DNA from: Candidatus Cloacimonadales bacterium | GTDB taxonomy: Bacteria; Cloacimonadota; Cloacimonadia; Cloacimonadales; JAFGVF01 | DNA length: 64,000 bases | Assembly (NCBI GenBank): GCA_963677495.2 | Contig: CAXXOU010000004.1 | Location: forward strand, 608,001 to 672,000 | Reading direction: 5' to 3' | In this document: positions 10,202-20,721 of the stretch, piece by piece | Layout of the letters: every line of letters begins with the position of its first letter | Numbering within the stretch: the stretch's first letter is position 1 | Notes under the pieces: model-generated | What the model saw: the letters and a program-made list of their open reading frames with translations, nothing else | Database searches by the model: none | What the model was told of the DNA's origin: nothing | Translations under genes and position numbers: made by a program

Positions 10202-11011
10202 ATGAGTTTATTAGAGATATTTTCACAGATTAACAGCTATGATTATGACCCGATCAATATTAATGGTACAGTGATAAAACCTGATGGTTATCACATCATT
10301 GCCGGTCCATGTACAATTGAGTCAAAAACTGACCTTGAGTTTATTGCGGGTGAGTTGAATCGAATAGGAGTACACTTTATTCGTGGCGGAGCTTTTAAGC
10401 TTAGAACTAATGCAAATGCTTTTTGCGGACTTGGTACTGAAGCCTTAGGCTGGCTTAAAGAGATAGGGGAGAAGTACAACCTGATAACTGTGAGTGAACT
10501 GACTGATATCTCCCATCTTGATGAGATGACAGATAAAGTTGATATTCTGCTAGTTGGAACACGCAATATGCTTAATTATCCGCTACTAACAGCAGTAGGA
10601 AAATCTGGTAAACCTGTAATCCTCAAAAGAGGAATGAGCAGTACTGTGGGGGAATGGTTACAGGCTGCAGAATATATTCTTAAAGAGGGAAACTCAAAAC
10701 TTATTTTATGTGAACGTGGTATTAGAACTTTTGATTCTATAACAAGGAATACATACGATATAACTGCAATCCCATTGCTAAGACAGAATCTTAAGTTCCC
10801 AATTATCGGTGATCCATCACATGCTACCGGACTAAGAGAGTTGATAAAATCTGTTAGCCTAGCTACAGTATCTATTGGTGCAAGTGGACTTATGGTTGAA
10901 GCTCATAATGAGCCCGAATCAGTAAAAGTAGATGCCAGACAGACAATAGATTTAGTCACACTGGAAGAGATTGTAAAACAGTCTCGAAAAATAGTTAAAC
11001 TTCTTAATTGA
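10202..11011 (+). CDS. aroF: 3-deoxy-7-phosphoheptulonate (DAHP) synthase, class I-beta, no regulatory domain
   Basis: IAGPCTIES, RGGAFK, LKRGM, LCERGIRTF, DPSH; ATG 10202 preferred as start. Confidence 0.8.
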   Translation: MSLLEIFSQINSYDYDPININGTVIKPDGYHIIAGPCTIESKTDLEFIAGELNRIGVHFIRGGAFKLRTNANAFCGLGTEALGWLKEIGEKYNLITVSELTDISHLDEMTDKVDILLVGTRNMLNYPLLTAVGKSGKPVILKRGMSSTVGEWLQAAEYILKEGNSKLILCERGIRTFDSITRNTYDITAIPLLRQNLKFPIIGDPSHATGLRELIKSVSLATVSIGASGLMVEAHNEPESVKVDARQTIDLVTLEEIVKQSRKIVKLLN

Positions 11012-11111
11012 CGCAAATTATTGAAATTAATTATTGCCATCTGATATAAATAACCTTGACTTTATGAAATAATCAGAAATATAAGGTAATAAGTAATATA
11101 TAGAGGAAGTA

Positions 11112-11744
11112 ATGGTTAATATAATATTGATTGGAAAACAAGGAAGCGGTAAGGGCACACAAGCCAAGCTTTTAGCGAAGAAGTTCAATCTTGAACACAT
11201 TAATACCGGTGCTTTGTTCCGCAAACACATAGAAAATGAGACTGATATTGGTTTGATTGCAGATGCATACATTCAAATGGGTGCACTGGTTCCGGATAAG
11301 TTCGTTTTCCAGCTGATAGAAGAGAGTATTGAGCCGGATATTAAAGGCTTAGTGTTTGACGGTTTCCCAAGAACTCTTGAGCAGGCTGCTTATGTAGTAG
11401 ATCGATATCATATTGATAAAGTTATCTATTTAAGTTTACCAGTTGAAGTAGCAAAAGAACGCATTACTTCCAGAGTTGAATGTAAAGATTGTGGTAAAAC
11501 TTACAACTTACTTACTTCACCACCTGTGAAGGAGAAGGTATGTGATATTTGTGGTGGAGTTGTGGGCCCACGTGCAGACGATAAACCTGAAGCTATCGAG
11601 AAACGTATTTCTGAGTTCTTAGAGAAAACAAAAGTTCAGTTAGACTATTTTTCTAAATATGGAATCGTTGAAACAATCGATGCAAATGACTCTGTTGAAA
11701 ACGTTAGTATTAAAATCTCGGAGATAGTAGAGAAACTCTTTTAA
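11112..11744 (+). CDS. adk: Adenylate kinase with Zn-binding LID
   Basis: GKQGSGKGTQA, DGFPRT, CKDC...CDIC. Confidence 0.92.
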   Translation: MVNIILIGKQGSGKGTQAKLLAKKFNLEHINTGALFRKHIENETDIGLIADAYIQMGALVPDKFVFQLIEESIEPDIKGLVFDGFPRTLEQAAYVVDRYHIDKVIYLSLPVEVAKERITSRVECKDCGKTYNLLTSPPVKEKVCDICGGVVGPRADDKPEAIEKRISEFLEKTKVQLDYFSKYGIVETIDANDSVENVSIKISEIVEKLF

Positions 11745-11747
11745 TAT

Positions 11748-13487
11748 ATGGAAAATAATTCCCGGCTGAGACTTGTAAAAGTAATTCAGGCTTTACTCGG
11801 TACTGCCGGGATTATTAACTTTCTAATTCTATTCTTCTCGCCAGTTTTACAGCATATCTTTGGTTCTATCCAGTTCCTTTACCCCTATTCTACAACTTTA
11901 ATGGGTATTTTCAGTATCTATTATGCTCTACGGTTTGTAGATTGGTTGAACTCAAAAGAACGAACCTTTTTATTAGCATCAAATAGCTTGATTTTATTAA
12001 TATCAGGAATAACTCTTTTTATTAAACCTATGTTATTCCTATTGGTTATCCTGATTCGTGAGATATATGTTCTCATAAAGACTATCAGCTCTTCATTTCA
12101 GTCAAGACTAGCTAGGACAAATAATAAGCGATCAGAAGTATATCAGAATACTTTTTTCTCAAGGTTAAGTCGTAATCCCGCGATAGCTTTAATGTTTAGT
12201 TTCTTTGTAACCATTATCTTAGGAACTTTTTTGTTGATGCATCCACAGAGTAGTGCAAGTGGTGAGATAACACCATTTGTAGATGCTCTATTCACTTCAA
12301 CATCTGCCACATGTGTGACAGGGCTTATTGTCTATGATACAGGAACTTATTGGTCTCAGGTAGGGCAGATAATAATCTTGATACTGATTCAGATTGGTGG
12401 ACTTGGAATCATGACTATTTCAACTGCATTTGCTATAATACTGGGTCAAAAATTAACAATATCTACTCAGCAAGTAATGCAAAATGTTGTGGGTGAATCC
12501 AATAGGATTGATTTCTATACGCTGCTAAAGTCGATCTTGTCGTTGACCTTTATCTTTGAATTAGTAGGGGCTGTAATACTACTATTCCAGTTTCGAGACC
12601 ATCTCCCGACTTTAGGTGATGCGATTTATCATTCTGTATTTCATTCGATATCGGCATTTTGCAACGCAGGTTTTGCTTTGTATCCTGATAGTTTTGTATC
12701 TTACCAGACTAATCCAACGGTGGTGATGACTTTAAGTTTCCTTATCATTTTTGGTGGTATTGGATTTGCAGTAATTAATGATATTAGGTTTAATTTTCTT
12801 AAAAAGTTTGCTTTTAGTAGGCTGACTTTACATTCAAAAATAGTGCTCATCACAACCGGTTGCTTGTTGGTAGGTGGCACTGCATTATTCTTCCTATCTG
12901 AGTTCAGAAACACAATGGTAGATTTCAGGTTTGGTACAAGGATATTGAATTCCTGGTTCCAATCAGTAACCTGTAGAACTGCCGGATTTAATACAATTGA
13001 TCAAGGAAATCTTACTAATGGCTCAACCTTGGTAAGTTTAGTACTTATGTTTATTGGTGCCTCTCCGGGATCAACCGGTGGTGGTTTAAAGACAACAACA
13101 ATAGCCTTACTTATGATAGCTATGTTTGCCAATCTGAAAGGTACAACAGATATAAACGCGTTTAAAAGGAAGATTTCAACGAAATCCTTCCGTGAAGTGA
13201 TGACTCTTATGGCAATAGCTGTATCTGCGTTAGTAGCATTGACGTTTGTGCTAATGCTTACTGAGAGTTTAGGGTTTAAAGAGTTGTGCTTTGAAGCAGT
13301 TTCAGCGTTTGCCACTGTTGGACTCTCAATGGGCATTACTGCTGACCTAAGCTCTTGGGGAAAAGTGATTGTTGTTCTTCTCATGTATCTTGGACGTATA
13401 GGTCCGATGACTTTGATTTATGCTACTACACTGCACATAGTAAAGGTGCGTGTTCAGTATAATCAAGAAAATGTTTCAATAGGATAA
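11748..13487 (+). CDS. ktrB: Ktr/Trk K+ uptake membrane subunit
   Basis: SATCVTGL, SAFCNAGF, RTAGF, SPGSTGGG, FATVGLS pore loops. Confidence 0.92.
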   Translation: MENNSRLRLVKVIQALLGTAGIINFLILFFSPVLQHIFGSIQFLYPYSTTLMGIFSIYYALRFVDWLNSKERTFLLASNSLILLISGITLFIKPMLFLLVILIREIYVLIKTISSSFQSRLARTNNKRSEVYQNTFFSRLSRNPAIALMFSFFVTIILGTFLLMHPQSSASGEITPFVDALFTSTSATCVTGLIVYDTGTYWSQVGQIIILILIQIGGLGIMTISTAFAIILGQKLTISTQQVMQNVVGESNRIDFYTLLKSILSLTFIFELVGAVILLFQFRDHLPTLGDAIYHSVFHSISAFCNAGFALYPDSFVSYQTNPTVVMTLSFLIIFGGIGFAVINDIRFNFLKKFAFSRLTLHSKIVLITTGCLLVGGTALFFLSEFRNTMVDFRFGTRILNSWFQSVTCRTAGFNTIDQGNLTNGSTLVSLVLMFIGASPGSTGGGLKTTTIALLMIAMFANLKGTTDINAFKRKISTKSFREVMTLMAIAVSALVALTFVLMLTESLGFKELCFEAVSAFATVGLSMGITADLSSWGKVIVVLLMYLGRIGPMTLIYATTLHIVKVRVQYNQENVSIG

Positions 13488-13496
13488 GAGGTATTT

Positions 13497-14192
13497 ATGG
13501 CAAAATTTGCAGTAATAGGATTGGGTAGATTTGGTTCTACCGTCGCAAAGACATTGTTTGAAAACGGAAACGAAGTAATTGCAATAGATGTAAATGCAGA
13601 TAAAGTTGAAGATATAAACAAGTTTGCAACTCAACCGTTAGTACTTGATTCAACTAATGAAAGAGCTCTCAAAACAGTTGGTTTAGAGTACATGGATGCT
13701 GTGATACTTGGTATTGGTAGCCATATTGAAGAGAGTATTCTTACAGCAGCCATTCTTAAGAAGCTAGGCGTGAACAATATTTACGCAAAAGTTGATAATG
13801 AGTTGCATGCTAGAATCCTTAAGCTCATCGGTGTGAAACAGATTTATCTCCCTGAGCAGATGGTTGGTCTGCAACTTGCAAGAAGTCTATCAACAAAGAA
13901 TATATTTGAATTTGTAAATCTTTCTTCAGGTCATGTACTTGTCGAGATGAACTCACCTAAAGAGTTTATCGGTCAGACTTTACAAGAAATTGCTTTACCT
14001 ACCACTTACGGTATTCATGTAGTTGCAATTAAATATAATGAGTTAAAGGTTACTGATTCAGGAGACAATATAGTTGATCAGAAGATTAATGACTTACCGG
14101 GTGCTACAGATATTATCCACGAAGATGATATATTAGTATTATTAGGTGCCAGAAATTCCGTTAATGAGCTCTTGAAGAAATACTCGAAATAG
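13497..14192 (+). CDS. ktrA: Ktr/Trk K+ uptake regulatory RCK subunit
   Basis: VIGLGRFG Rossmann motif, TrkA-C domain, follows ktrB. Confidence 0.92.
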   Translation: MAKFAVIGLGRFGSTVAKTLFENGNEVIAIDVNADKVEDINKFATQPLVLDSTNERALKTVGLEYMDAVILGIGSHIEESILTAAILKKLGVNNIYAKVDNELHARILKLIGVKQIYLPEQMVGLQLARSLSTKNIFEFVNLSSGHVLVEMNSPKEFIGQTLQEIALPTTYGIHVVAIKYNELKVTDSGDNIVDQKINDLPGATDIIHEDDILVLLGARNSVNELLKKYSK

Positions 14193-14194
14193 AG

Positions 14195-14431
14195 ATGCCA
14201 AGAAGAAAACCTTGGAAAGTTCTTTTGTGGTTTACACCCTTTTTGGTGTTGATTGCGTTGCAACCTGTAATCATACGAATACCTAAAAGAACGTTTCAAC
14301 TTGTAATCTTACTTGAATTAATACTCTTGACAATTGTTATTGTCTGTGTGGGTATCATCTACAAATATTTTAAAAAGAAATTTAGAGAGATAAATGAACT
14401 ATCCGGAGAAATTGAGGTTTTAGATGAATAA
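14195..14431 (+). CDS. Small two-TM hypothetical membrane protein
   Basis: Fills the gap between ktrA and the next gene, two hydrophobic segments. Confidence 0.6.
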   Translation: MPRRKPWKVLLWFTPFLVLIALQPVIIRIPKRTFQLVILLELILLTIVIVCVGIIYKYFKKKFREINELSGEIEVLDE

Positions 14432-15200
14432 AAGATCATTTACAGCAATCCTGAGAGTTTCGTTAGTGATTGTATTTATGTTGCTTACGATTCAAAGTGC
14501 ATTGATGATTAGAACGATAGATGCAGGTATAAAATGGGAACAAAAAGCTATAGATTTACAGAACATAATCTATATCTTTGTCTTTATACAATTCACATTA
14601 CTTCTTGTAGTGTTTTTCTATGTCCCTTTCAGAATCAAAACAACGTTGCAATCGCTTGAGCGTGTTATTAAGAGCATATCAGAATGGGCTCCAACCCTTG
14701 ATATGATTGAAACACAGATGGCTTCTGAGAAAGAGATGGCTCCGATTGTGGAAGTTATTGATAAAATGTATAATAACATCCATAAGTTTGATCAGCAGAA
14801 GAAGCTTAAGATTTATGAACAACATAGTCGTATTCAGAGCATTCTAAAACTTGCAGATAAAGAATTTATAGTTCTGACTATGCAGGGAGTTATTGCTTAT
14901 TGTTCTGAATCATTAACTGATAGATATCCCTCTATGCATGTTGATGTGAATATTCATGAAACAACTTTCGCTCCTGAAATTGAGAAGACAGTGATTGCAT
15001 ATTATAAAGAGGTAGTAAACTCTGGTCATACAATTGAGGAGAAGGAGAACTATCTCGAGAAGTTGCAGAAGAAGATTTCTATTCAAAATCAGATAGTTAG
15101 AGATTCTGAATCTATGCCTATCGGTGTAATTATTGCAATCAAAGAGGAAATTAAAGAGAAGAAACAGCAGGTTAATAATCAAACAAATGACAGCAAATAG
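14424..15200 (+). CDS. Membrane protein with two TMs and HAMP-like/PAS-like regions, no kinase domain
   Basis: Two TMs, coiled-coil linker, PAS-like 'FIVLTMQGVIAYCS...IVRDSESMPIGVII'. Confidence 0.65.
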   Translation: MNKRSFTAILRVSLVIVFMLLTIQSALMIRTIDAGIKWEQKAIDLQNIIYIFVFIQFTLLLVVFFYVPFRIKTTLQSLERVIKSISEWAPTLDMIETQMASEKEMAPIVEVIDKMYNNIHKFDQQKKLKIYEQHSRIQSILKLADKEFIVLTMQGVIAYCSESLTDRYPSMHVDVNIHETTFAPEIEKTVIAYYKEVVNSGHTIEEKENYLEKLQKKISIQNQIVRDSESMPIGVIIAIKEEIKEKKQQVNNQTNDSK

Positions 15201-16185
15201 AAGAGAAACAACCATTGCTTTCGAGGGCTCTAATAACCCAAGAATCGATAAATACTTGGCAACATTGAAACATGATGAACTCTACTCACGTTCACAAATT
15301 GAGAAACTAATAAAAGATGGATCAGTAACTGTTAACGGTTCTCTTGTGAAGAAGAACTATAAGCTTGAGCAAAATGATTCAATACATATTGTATTTCCTA
15401 TCCCTGAACCAACAGAAGTGATTCCACAAGATATTCCTCTTAATATTATCTATGAAGATGATTATCTGGCTGTTATCAATAAACCGATTGGGCTTGTAGT
15501 GCATCCGGGGACAGGCAACAGAGAGAACACGCTGGTACATGGTTTAGTTCACCACTTCAAAGAGAATTTATCTAATGGCTCAGATAAGTTAAGACCGGGT
15601 ATTGTACATCGTCTGGATAAAGATACTTCAGGTGTACTCATTGTAGCGAAAGAGGATAGAACTCATTCTTTATTGCAAACTATGTTTATGAACAAAGAGA
15701 TTAAGAAGACCTATAGAGCAATTTGTGTTGGAACTCCTAAACAAAGTAGTGGTACAATTGAAACATTTTTAGAGCGTGACCCCGGTAATCCGATTAAGAT
15801 TAGAACTGCTGAATCAGGAAAATGGTCAGTTACGCATTATGAGATACTAAAGTATTTTCATTACTTCACCTATTTGGATATTGATTTAGAAACCGGTAGA
15901 ACCCATCAAATTAGAGTTCACTTAAGCAGCCTTAATCTTCCAATACTTGGAGATAGACTCTATAATTCTGCAGAAGTTACATCCACTCGAATTCAACCAA
16001 ATTACAGAAAGAAACTCAAGAATCTTTTAGAAAAACACCTTCCGGTACAAGCTCTACATGCTTATAAAATTGCTTTTAAACATCCAATTACCGGAGATGA
16101 TATGGAGTTTAAAGCTCCTTTACCTAAACACTTCGAGTATGCACTTAAGTGGCTCGAAGAGAACTTTGCTCTTGATGAGCAATAA
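15187..16185 (+). CDS. rluD: RluA/RluD family 23S rRNA pseudouridine synthase
   Basis: S4 domain RIDKYL..SRSQI, NKPIGLVVHPG, HRLDKDTSG, TGRTHQIRVH. Confidence 0.93.
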   Translation: MTANRRETTIAFEGSNNPRIDKYLATLKHDELYSRSQIEKLIKDGSVTVNGSLVKKNYKLEQNDSIHIVFPIPEPTEVIPQDIPLNIIYEDDYLAVINKPIGLVVHPGTGNRENTLVHGLVHHFKENLSNGSDKLRPGIVHRLDKDTSGVLIVAKEDRTHSLLQTMFMNKEIKKTYRAICVGTPKQSSGTIETFLERDPGNPIKIRTAESGKWSVTHYEILKYFHYFTYLDIDLETGRTHQIRVHLSSLNLPILGDRLYNSAEVTSTRIQPNYRKKLKNLLEKHLPVQALHAYKIAFKHPITGDDMEFKAPLPKHFEYALKWLEENFALDEQ

Positions 16186-16237
16186 GTTTCTATTGACATG
16201 CACAATAATACAAGTTTGGTAGAAGAAAGGTACAATT

Positions 16238-16969
16238 ATGAATAGAAAGATATTATATACATTATTAAGTTTACTTATATTTATAACAGCCCTCAGTGCT
16301 GTTGATTTCCCTAAACCGTATGGTTGGATTAATGATTACGTAAATGCGATTAATGCAACTGATGAAGCAAAAATGAAGGATCTAATTTCTGAAGTAAAGC
16401 AGAAAACAGGGGTTGAGATTGCTGTTGGAGTTGTTCCCGATTTACAGGGTATGGATTACGAAGATTATGCTAATCAATTATACCGTTTTTGGGGAGTTGG
16501 GAATAAAAAAAACGAGGGTGTACTAATCCTTATTGCTATTAAAGAAAGAAAGATTAAGATTGAGACCGGTTATGGTTCGGAAGGTTATCTCACCGACTAT
16601 AAAACATCTCAGATATACAATAATATGAAAACATATCTAAATAGGGGTATGGAAGATTACTCCCGGGCTGTTGGCTATGCTGTCAGTATGTGTGCAAACG
16701 AGATAGCAAGAGAGCATCTTGTGAAACTTACTGGTCAATATTCAACACGAAGGAAACAGAGAAGAACAGGTATAAGTGCATCGACCATTATTTTTATCAT
16801 TCTAATTATCGTTACCAGAGGTAGAATCCTCTTATGGGCAATGCTCTTTGGGGGCGGAGGAAGTTTCGGTGGAATGGGTAGTGGACGCTCAGGTGGCGGA
16901 GGCTTTGGTGGTTTCGGTGGCTTTGGAGGTGGCAGCTCCGGTGGTGGAGGTGCAGGAGGTAGTTTCTGA
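16238..16969 (+). CDS. TPM domain-containing protein (YgcG-like)
   Basis: Signal peptide, W.ND, WGVG, IETGYG.EG, Gly-rich tail GGGSSGGGGAGGSF. Confidence 0.9.
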   Translation: MNRKILYTLLSLLIFITALSAVDFPKPYGWINDYVNAINATDEAKMKDLISEVKQKTGVEIAVGVVPDLQGMDYEDYANQLYRFWGVGNKKNEGVLILIAIKERKIKIETGYGSEGYLTDYKTSQIYNNMKTYLNRGMEDYSRAVGYAVSMCANEIAREHLVKLTGQYSTRRKQRRTGISASTIIFIILIIVTRGRILLWAMLFGGGGSFGGMGSGRSGGGGFGGFGGFGGGSSGGGGAGGSF

Positions 16970-17559
16970 TGGATTTTCTCATAGTATTTATCAAAGTTTT
17001 AATTGTTCTTGCTGTCAATATAGGGTTCGGACTCTTTCTCGCAGAAATACTGCGTTTTTTCTTAATTAATCAATGGAAGCGTAAAATTGTTATTGGAAAC
17101 TTCAATCTTACTCCGGGTTTCATTATTCAGAAACGACAGTGGGTCTTAGATAAAGCTTATGACCTTCTCAGTGACTATCTCGACCAAGCTGACGGCAAAT
17201 CTGAAGGATACTTAGCTAAATGGGAACAAAAGGTCTATGATTTCATATATGAAAATATGGAGTTTGTAGAAAAAGCTAAACTTCTACCTGAATCGTTCAG
17301 AGTAAAGATTAGACACATGTCCGGTAGCTTTGCCAGAATGCTGGCAGCAAAACTTCTCCGTGAGTTTGTCCCATTTGTTATCGATAAATACAAAATCAAA
17401 AACAAGATTGATCTGGTCGCCTCTAAGATAGAAGTTGAAACTATAGTGGAATTCTATAATAAGTATGTACATGAATACCTAACCAAGTTCAACTTATTCT
17501 TCTTTGGATTAATCGGTATTATAAACGTTATTACATTCCTACTCTTGTTATTATTCTAA
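16969..17559 (+). CDS. Hypothetical membrane protein (DUF445-like layout)
   Basis: N- and C-terminal TMs around a helical core; start overlaps the upstream stop. Confidence 0.65.
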   Translation: MDFLIVFIKVLIVLAVNIGFGLFLAEILRFFLINQWKRKIVIGNFNLTPGFIIQKRQWVLDKAYDLLSDYLDQADGKSEGYLAKWEQKVYDFIYENMEFVEKAKLLPESFRVKIRHMSGSFARMLAAKLLREFVPFVIDKYKIKNKIDLVASKIEVETIVEFYNKYVHEYLTKFNLFFFGLIGIINVITFLLLLLF

Positions 17560-17577
17560 TATTGCTCCCTTTTAAAA

Positions 17578-17687
17578 CACGGGGATCTCTCGGGACTCTC
17601 ACGGGACTTACACGGGAGTCACGCGGGACTTTGCCCGAACAATCTCCGTCAAATTACCACTCAATACCCCAATAATTCCCGAGAGTT
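17578..17687. repeat. 11-bp-period fold-back array P2
   Basis: cacggggatct/ctcgggactct/cacgggactta/cacgggagtca/cgcgggacttt/gcccgaacaat/ctccgtcaaat/taccactcaat/accccaataat/tcccgagagtt; ctctcggga pairs with tcccgagag. Confidence 0.85.
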
Positions 17688-17736
17688 AGAGGAGAATACT
17701 TAAGCTAAGAGATAGCAGGATTAAACATAAGCAATT

Positions 17737-17766
17737 AAAAAAGACTGCTTACTCAGAAGCAGTCTT
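17737..17766 (-). terminator. Intrinsic terminator between convergent genes
   Basis: aaaaaagactgctt-actcag-aagcagtctt. Confidence 0.75.
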
Positions 17767-17786
17767 ATGAAATAGCTGTTTAGTTG

Positions 17787-20258
17787 CTATTTGATTAGTA
17801 CCATGCGTCTTGTATCAGTCTTAGTTTCAGTTACCCAACGTACGAAATATATTCCACTTGAGAAACCATCGAAAGAGATAGGTAAAGTTATCTTTGTATT
17901 GTCATCGACTACACCCTCGAACACGTTCATCACTACTTCACCCTTGATATTATATATATTAACAGCTACTTCTTCCTGATTGGCAATATAGAATGAGATA
18001 GTAGTGGAAGGATTAAACGGATTAGGATAGACTCCCAGTAGGGCAGATCGCTCTATATTCGGATTGTTTTCTCCACCATTATCCTCATTAAAAACAACTT
18101 CAATAGGTCCGAATAATTCTAACTCTCCATCTAAAGAAACACTCTCGAGCCAATAGAAGTAAGTAGTGGCATTAATCTCATTGTCCTTGAAGCTATAATC
18201 AGCACCATTTGCCAGATTAGAAGCTAATATTGTTGCACCATTGATTCTATACGATTCAGAAGATTCAGGGTTCTCATTTCTAAAAATGTTAAAACCTACT
18301 AATGAACTTTCTGACTCAGTTTTCCAAGTTAAGGTAACATCTGAGTCTGTAAAACATACTGCTTCGAAATATGAGAGAACAACAGGAAGTGTATCATTAA
18401 CATACTCTATCCCATCGCTATCTGAGACAGTTGGTGAGCTCTGAGCATCAACATAGAGAGCATCATTCCCATCATCAGCATAATTGTCTTCTGCTGTTAC
18501 AGAAACTATCTCAGGGGAAGAGTTCTCTAAATAAAATCCTCCACCTGTATTATTAGGTGAAATACCATCAGCATTACCTTTTGTCACGATTATCCCATCT
18601 ATACGAGTAAGGGGTGATAAATTTGCTAGATAGAAAACATGATAGCTGTTATCATCAAAGTTACCCGGTTGTCCAATATCTCCACTGGTGTAGACAAAGT
18701 ATGAATCACTATTTCTGCTACTCAAATGCGCATTATCAATATCATTGGCATCTTCAGGGAAACCACCATAGATGATGATATCACTATCAACATAAAAAGC
18801 TTTGGCTCGAGGATCTGATGCCATACCGGGTATATACTGAGTCGGATAATATGTCCCTTCAGCAATCCAGACCTCTGAAGCTCCTGAGTCCAGAGCGCCT
18901 TGTAACCAGGAAGTAGCATTTTCCCATGAACTGCCGTCAGCTAAACCGGAGGAAGCACTCTTTACATAGATGATTCCATTTGCATCAGGATTAAGAACGA
19001 TATATCCATGCTCATAGACGCCCATGTCGACAGTTGTATCAAGGACACGGGGATTACCGTCAATATCTGTTGAAATTACTGGTAGTAAGCTGTCACTACC
19101 ATCAATATAACTGTTGTTACCGGTATTCAGACATGGTGAAGAGGATTCAAGTCTCCAGTCACCATCAACCGGATTAAAGAAATTGGGACCGGTTTCATTT
19201 GTTTCACTTAGATTAATGTTTCCTGTACCTGTATATCCACCTTCAATAGCGCAATAGCTGAAGGTCATGCTTGTTCCGCCAAATTGAATTCTATTGTTAT
19301 CTTGATAATTTCCCCAAAGAATTGTGTTGAAAGCTTTGGTTCGGGAAGTGTTTGTTCCATAGTTACCTATTCCACCTCCTGTTCCATTTGTCCTATTGTT
19401 GGCAATAACACAGTTTACAATTCGATGTCCTGTTGACCAACTACAACAGACACCTCCACCTCTGGCACTACCATTAGAGGAATAGTTATCTGTGATAATA
19501 CAATTGATAAGGTTCCCGCCATTATGCAGCTTAACTGCTCCACCGTCACCTGTATCTCCACATTCTCCTGTTGCTAAATTATAACTGAAAACACAATCGA
19601 TAAGAGTTCCACCACTGAAAGTAATAGCTCCACCTGCATTATTGCCTCGATTATAGATTAATCTGCAATTTCTTAAGAAAGCTTTGTTGTTTGTGAGATG
19701 AGCCCCACCTCCATCATGATATGGGCGACTTACTTTACGGTTGGCATTGCCACCACTAATAGTGAAACCATCTAGCACAGTTTCTGTGTAAACATTATAA
19801 TAGTATACTACATTATAACTGTTATTAGCGTTATTGACAGAGTTTGAACTATATGTATCCCATTGAGTGTAGTCATCATTCTGGTCAAGGTCACCGCTTA
19901 GAATCGTTTCATTGATCTGACCTATCCAGTAATTCGTTCTTTCCTCTAATGAAGTCTCATCTCCACTAAAACCTCCATAAACATCTATACCATTTCTAAT
20001 TATGAAGGTATAGGTTCTTGCAAGAACAGCACCGTTAGTACCTAAAGGATTAGGACTTGTTGGATAATAAGTACCTTTGGCAACCCATACTTCGTCACCC
20101 GATGATGCTGCATCAATAGCATCCTGAACCTGATTAAAAGCATTATTCCAAGTTAGTCCATCGGTATTAGCACCATCCTGAGAGACATAATAGGTAGTTG
20201 ATAATAACTGAAAAGCTAAGAAAGTGAAAAGCAAGGCAAATACTAGCTTCGTTCTCAT
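17787..20258 (-). CDS. Secreted beta-helix (choice-of-anchor Q-like) protein with T9SS/FlgD-like C-terminal domain
   Basis: Signal peptide, duplicated YV...DG.TW..A...Q.A.D...EVW.A.GTYYPT module, GGG beta-helix repeats, LPVVLSYF domain, YPNPFNPST CTD. Confidence 0.85.
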   Translation of the reverse strand: MRTKLVFALLFTFLAFQLLSTTYYVSQDGANTDGLTWNNAFNQVQDAIDAASSGDEVWVAKGTYYPTSPNPLGTNGAVLARTYTFIIRNGIDVYGGFSGDETSLEERTNYWIGQINETILSGDLDQNDDYTQWDTYSSNSVNNANNSYNVVYYYNVYTETVLDGFTISGGNANRKVSRPYHDGGGAHLTNNKAFLRNCRLIYNRGNNAGGAITFSGGTLIDCVFSYNLATGECGDTGDGGAVKLHNGGNLINCIITDNYSSNGSARGGGVCCSWSTGHRIVNCVIANNRTNGTGGGIGNYGTNTSRTKAFNTILWGNYQDNNRIQFGGTSMTFSYCAIEGGYTGTGNINLSETNETGPNFFNPVDGDWRLESSSPCLNTGNNSYIDGSDSLLPVISTDIDGNPRVLDTTVDMGVYEHGYIVLNPDANGIIYVKSASSGLADGSSWENATSWLQGALDSGASEVWIAEGTYYPTQYIPGMASDPRAKAFYVDSDIIIYGGFPEDANDIDNAHLSSRNSDSYFVYTSGDIGQPGNFDDNSYHVFYLANLSPLTRIDGIIVTKGNADGISPNNTGGGFYLENSSPEIVSVTAEDNYADDGNDALYVDAQSSPTVSDSDGIEYVNDTLPVVLSYFEAVCFTDSDVTLTWKTESESSLVGFNIFRNENPESSESYRINGATILASNLANGADYSFKDNEINATTYFYWLESVSLDGELELFGPIEVVFNEDNGGENNPNIERSALLGVYPNPFNPSTTISFYIANQEEVAVNIYNIKGEVVMNVFEGVVDDNTKITLPISFDGFSSGIYFVRWVTETKTDTRRMVLIK

Positions 20259-20464
20259 AATAATTCCTCCTGAATTGTTTTAGAATTTTGAATAAATTGA
20301 TTAATTTTCCCATATATGTTCAGAGGAAACATGGTGTTCTTAATAGATCCGTCTTGCAAAGTTAGTGTGAGGTAGCAATAAACCTTACCTGCATAGATTT
20401 TACCAACTGTTCTTGACGCATCAATCAGTTTTGTCATTTCCTCTAAGTTATACATTTTTTTCAT
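20255..20464 (-). CDS. 69-aa hypothetical protein, first gene of the sigma-54 unit
   Basis: ATGA overlap with the downstream gene; starts directly after a -24/-12 promoter. Confidence 0.65.
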   Translation of the reverse strand: MKKMYNLEEMTKLIDASRTVGKIYAGKVYCYLTLTLQDGSIKNTMFPLNIYGKINQFIQNSKTIQEELL

Positions 20465-20476
20465 AACCTATATTAT

Positions 20477-20492
20477 TGCATTGAAGATTCCA
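20477..20492 (-). promoter_or_regulatory. Sigma-54 (-24/-12) promoter
   Basis: Minus strand TGGAATCTTCAATGCA = GG-N10-GC, next to a divergent bEBP gene. Confidence 0.75.
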
Positions 20493-20577
20493 AAATTGGA
20501 TTGATATGATAAGTAGCTGTTTCGCAATATATTAGCAGGAGTATGAAAGGATTTTACGTGTAGATTAACACCCCCTG

Positions 20578-20618
20578 TTTCCCGAAATCGGGATATGATT
20601 AATCACGATTTCGGGAAA
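20578..20618. promoter_or_regulatory. Upstream activator site (enhancer) candidate
   Basis: Perfect 13-bp inverted repeat tttcccgaaatcg-N15-cgatttcgggaaa; each half is itself a TC(C/A)CG-W4-CGGGA dyad. Confidence 0.75.
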
Positions 20619-20721
20619 GAAGTATGTATATCTGTGAAAGACCAACAGAAAGTTTCACAATAACAGAAGCAAAAACTTGACAGCATTACTATAAATAGCT
20701 GTATCAATTTAGGAGATTAGA

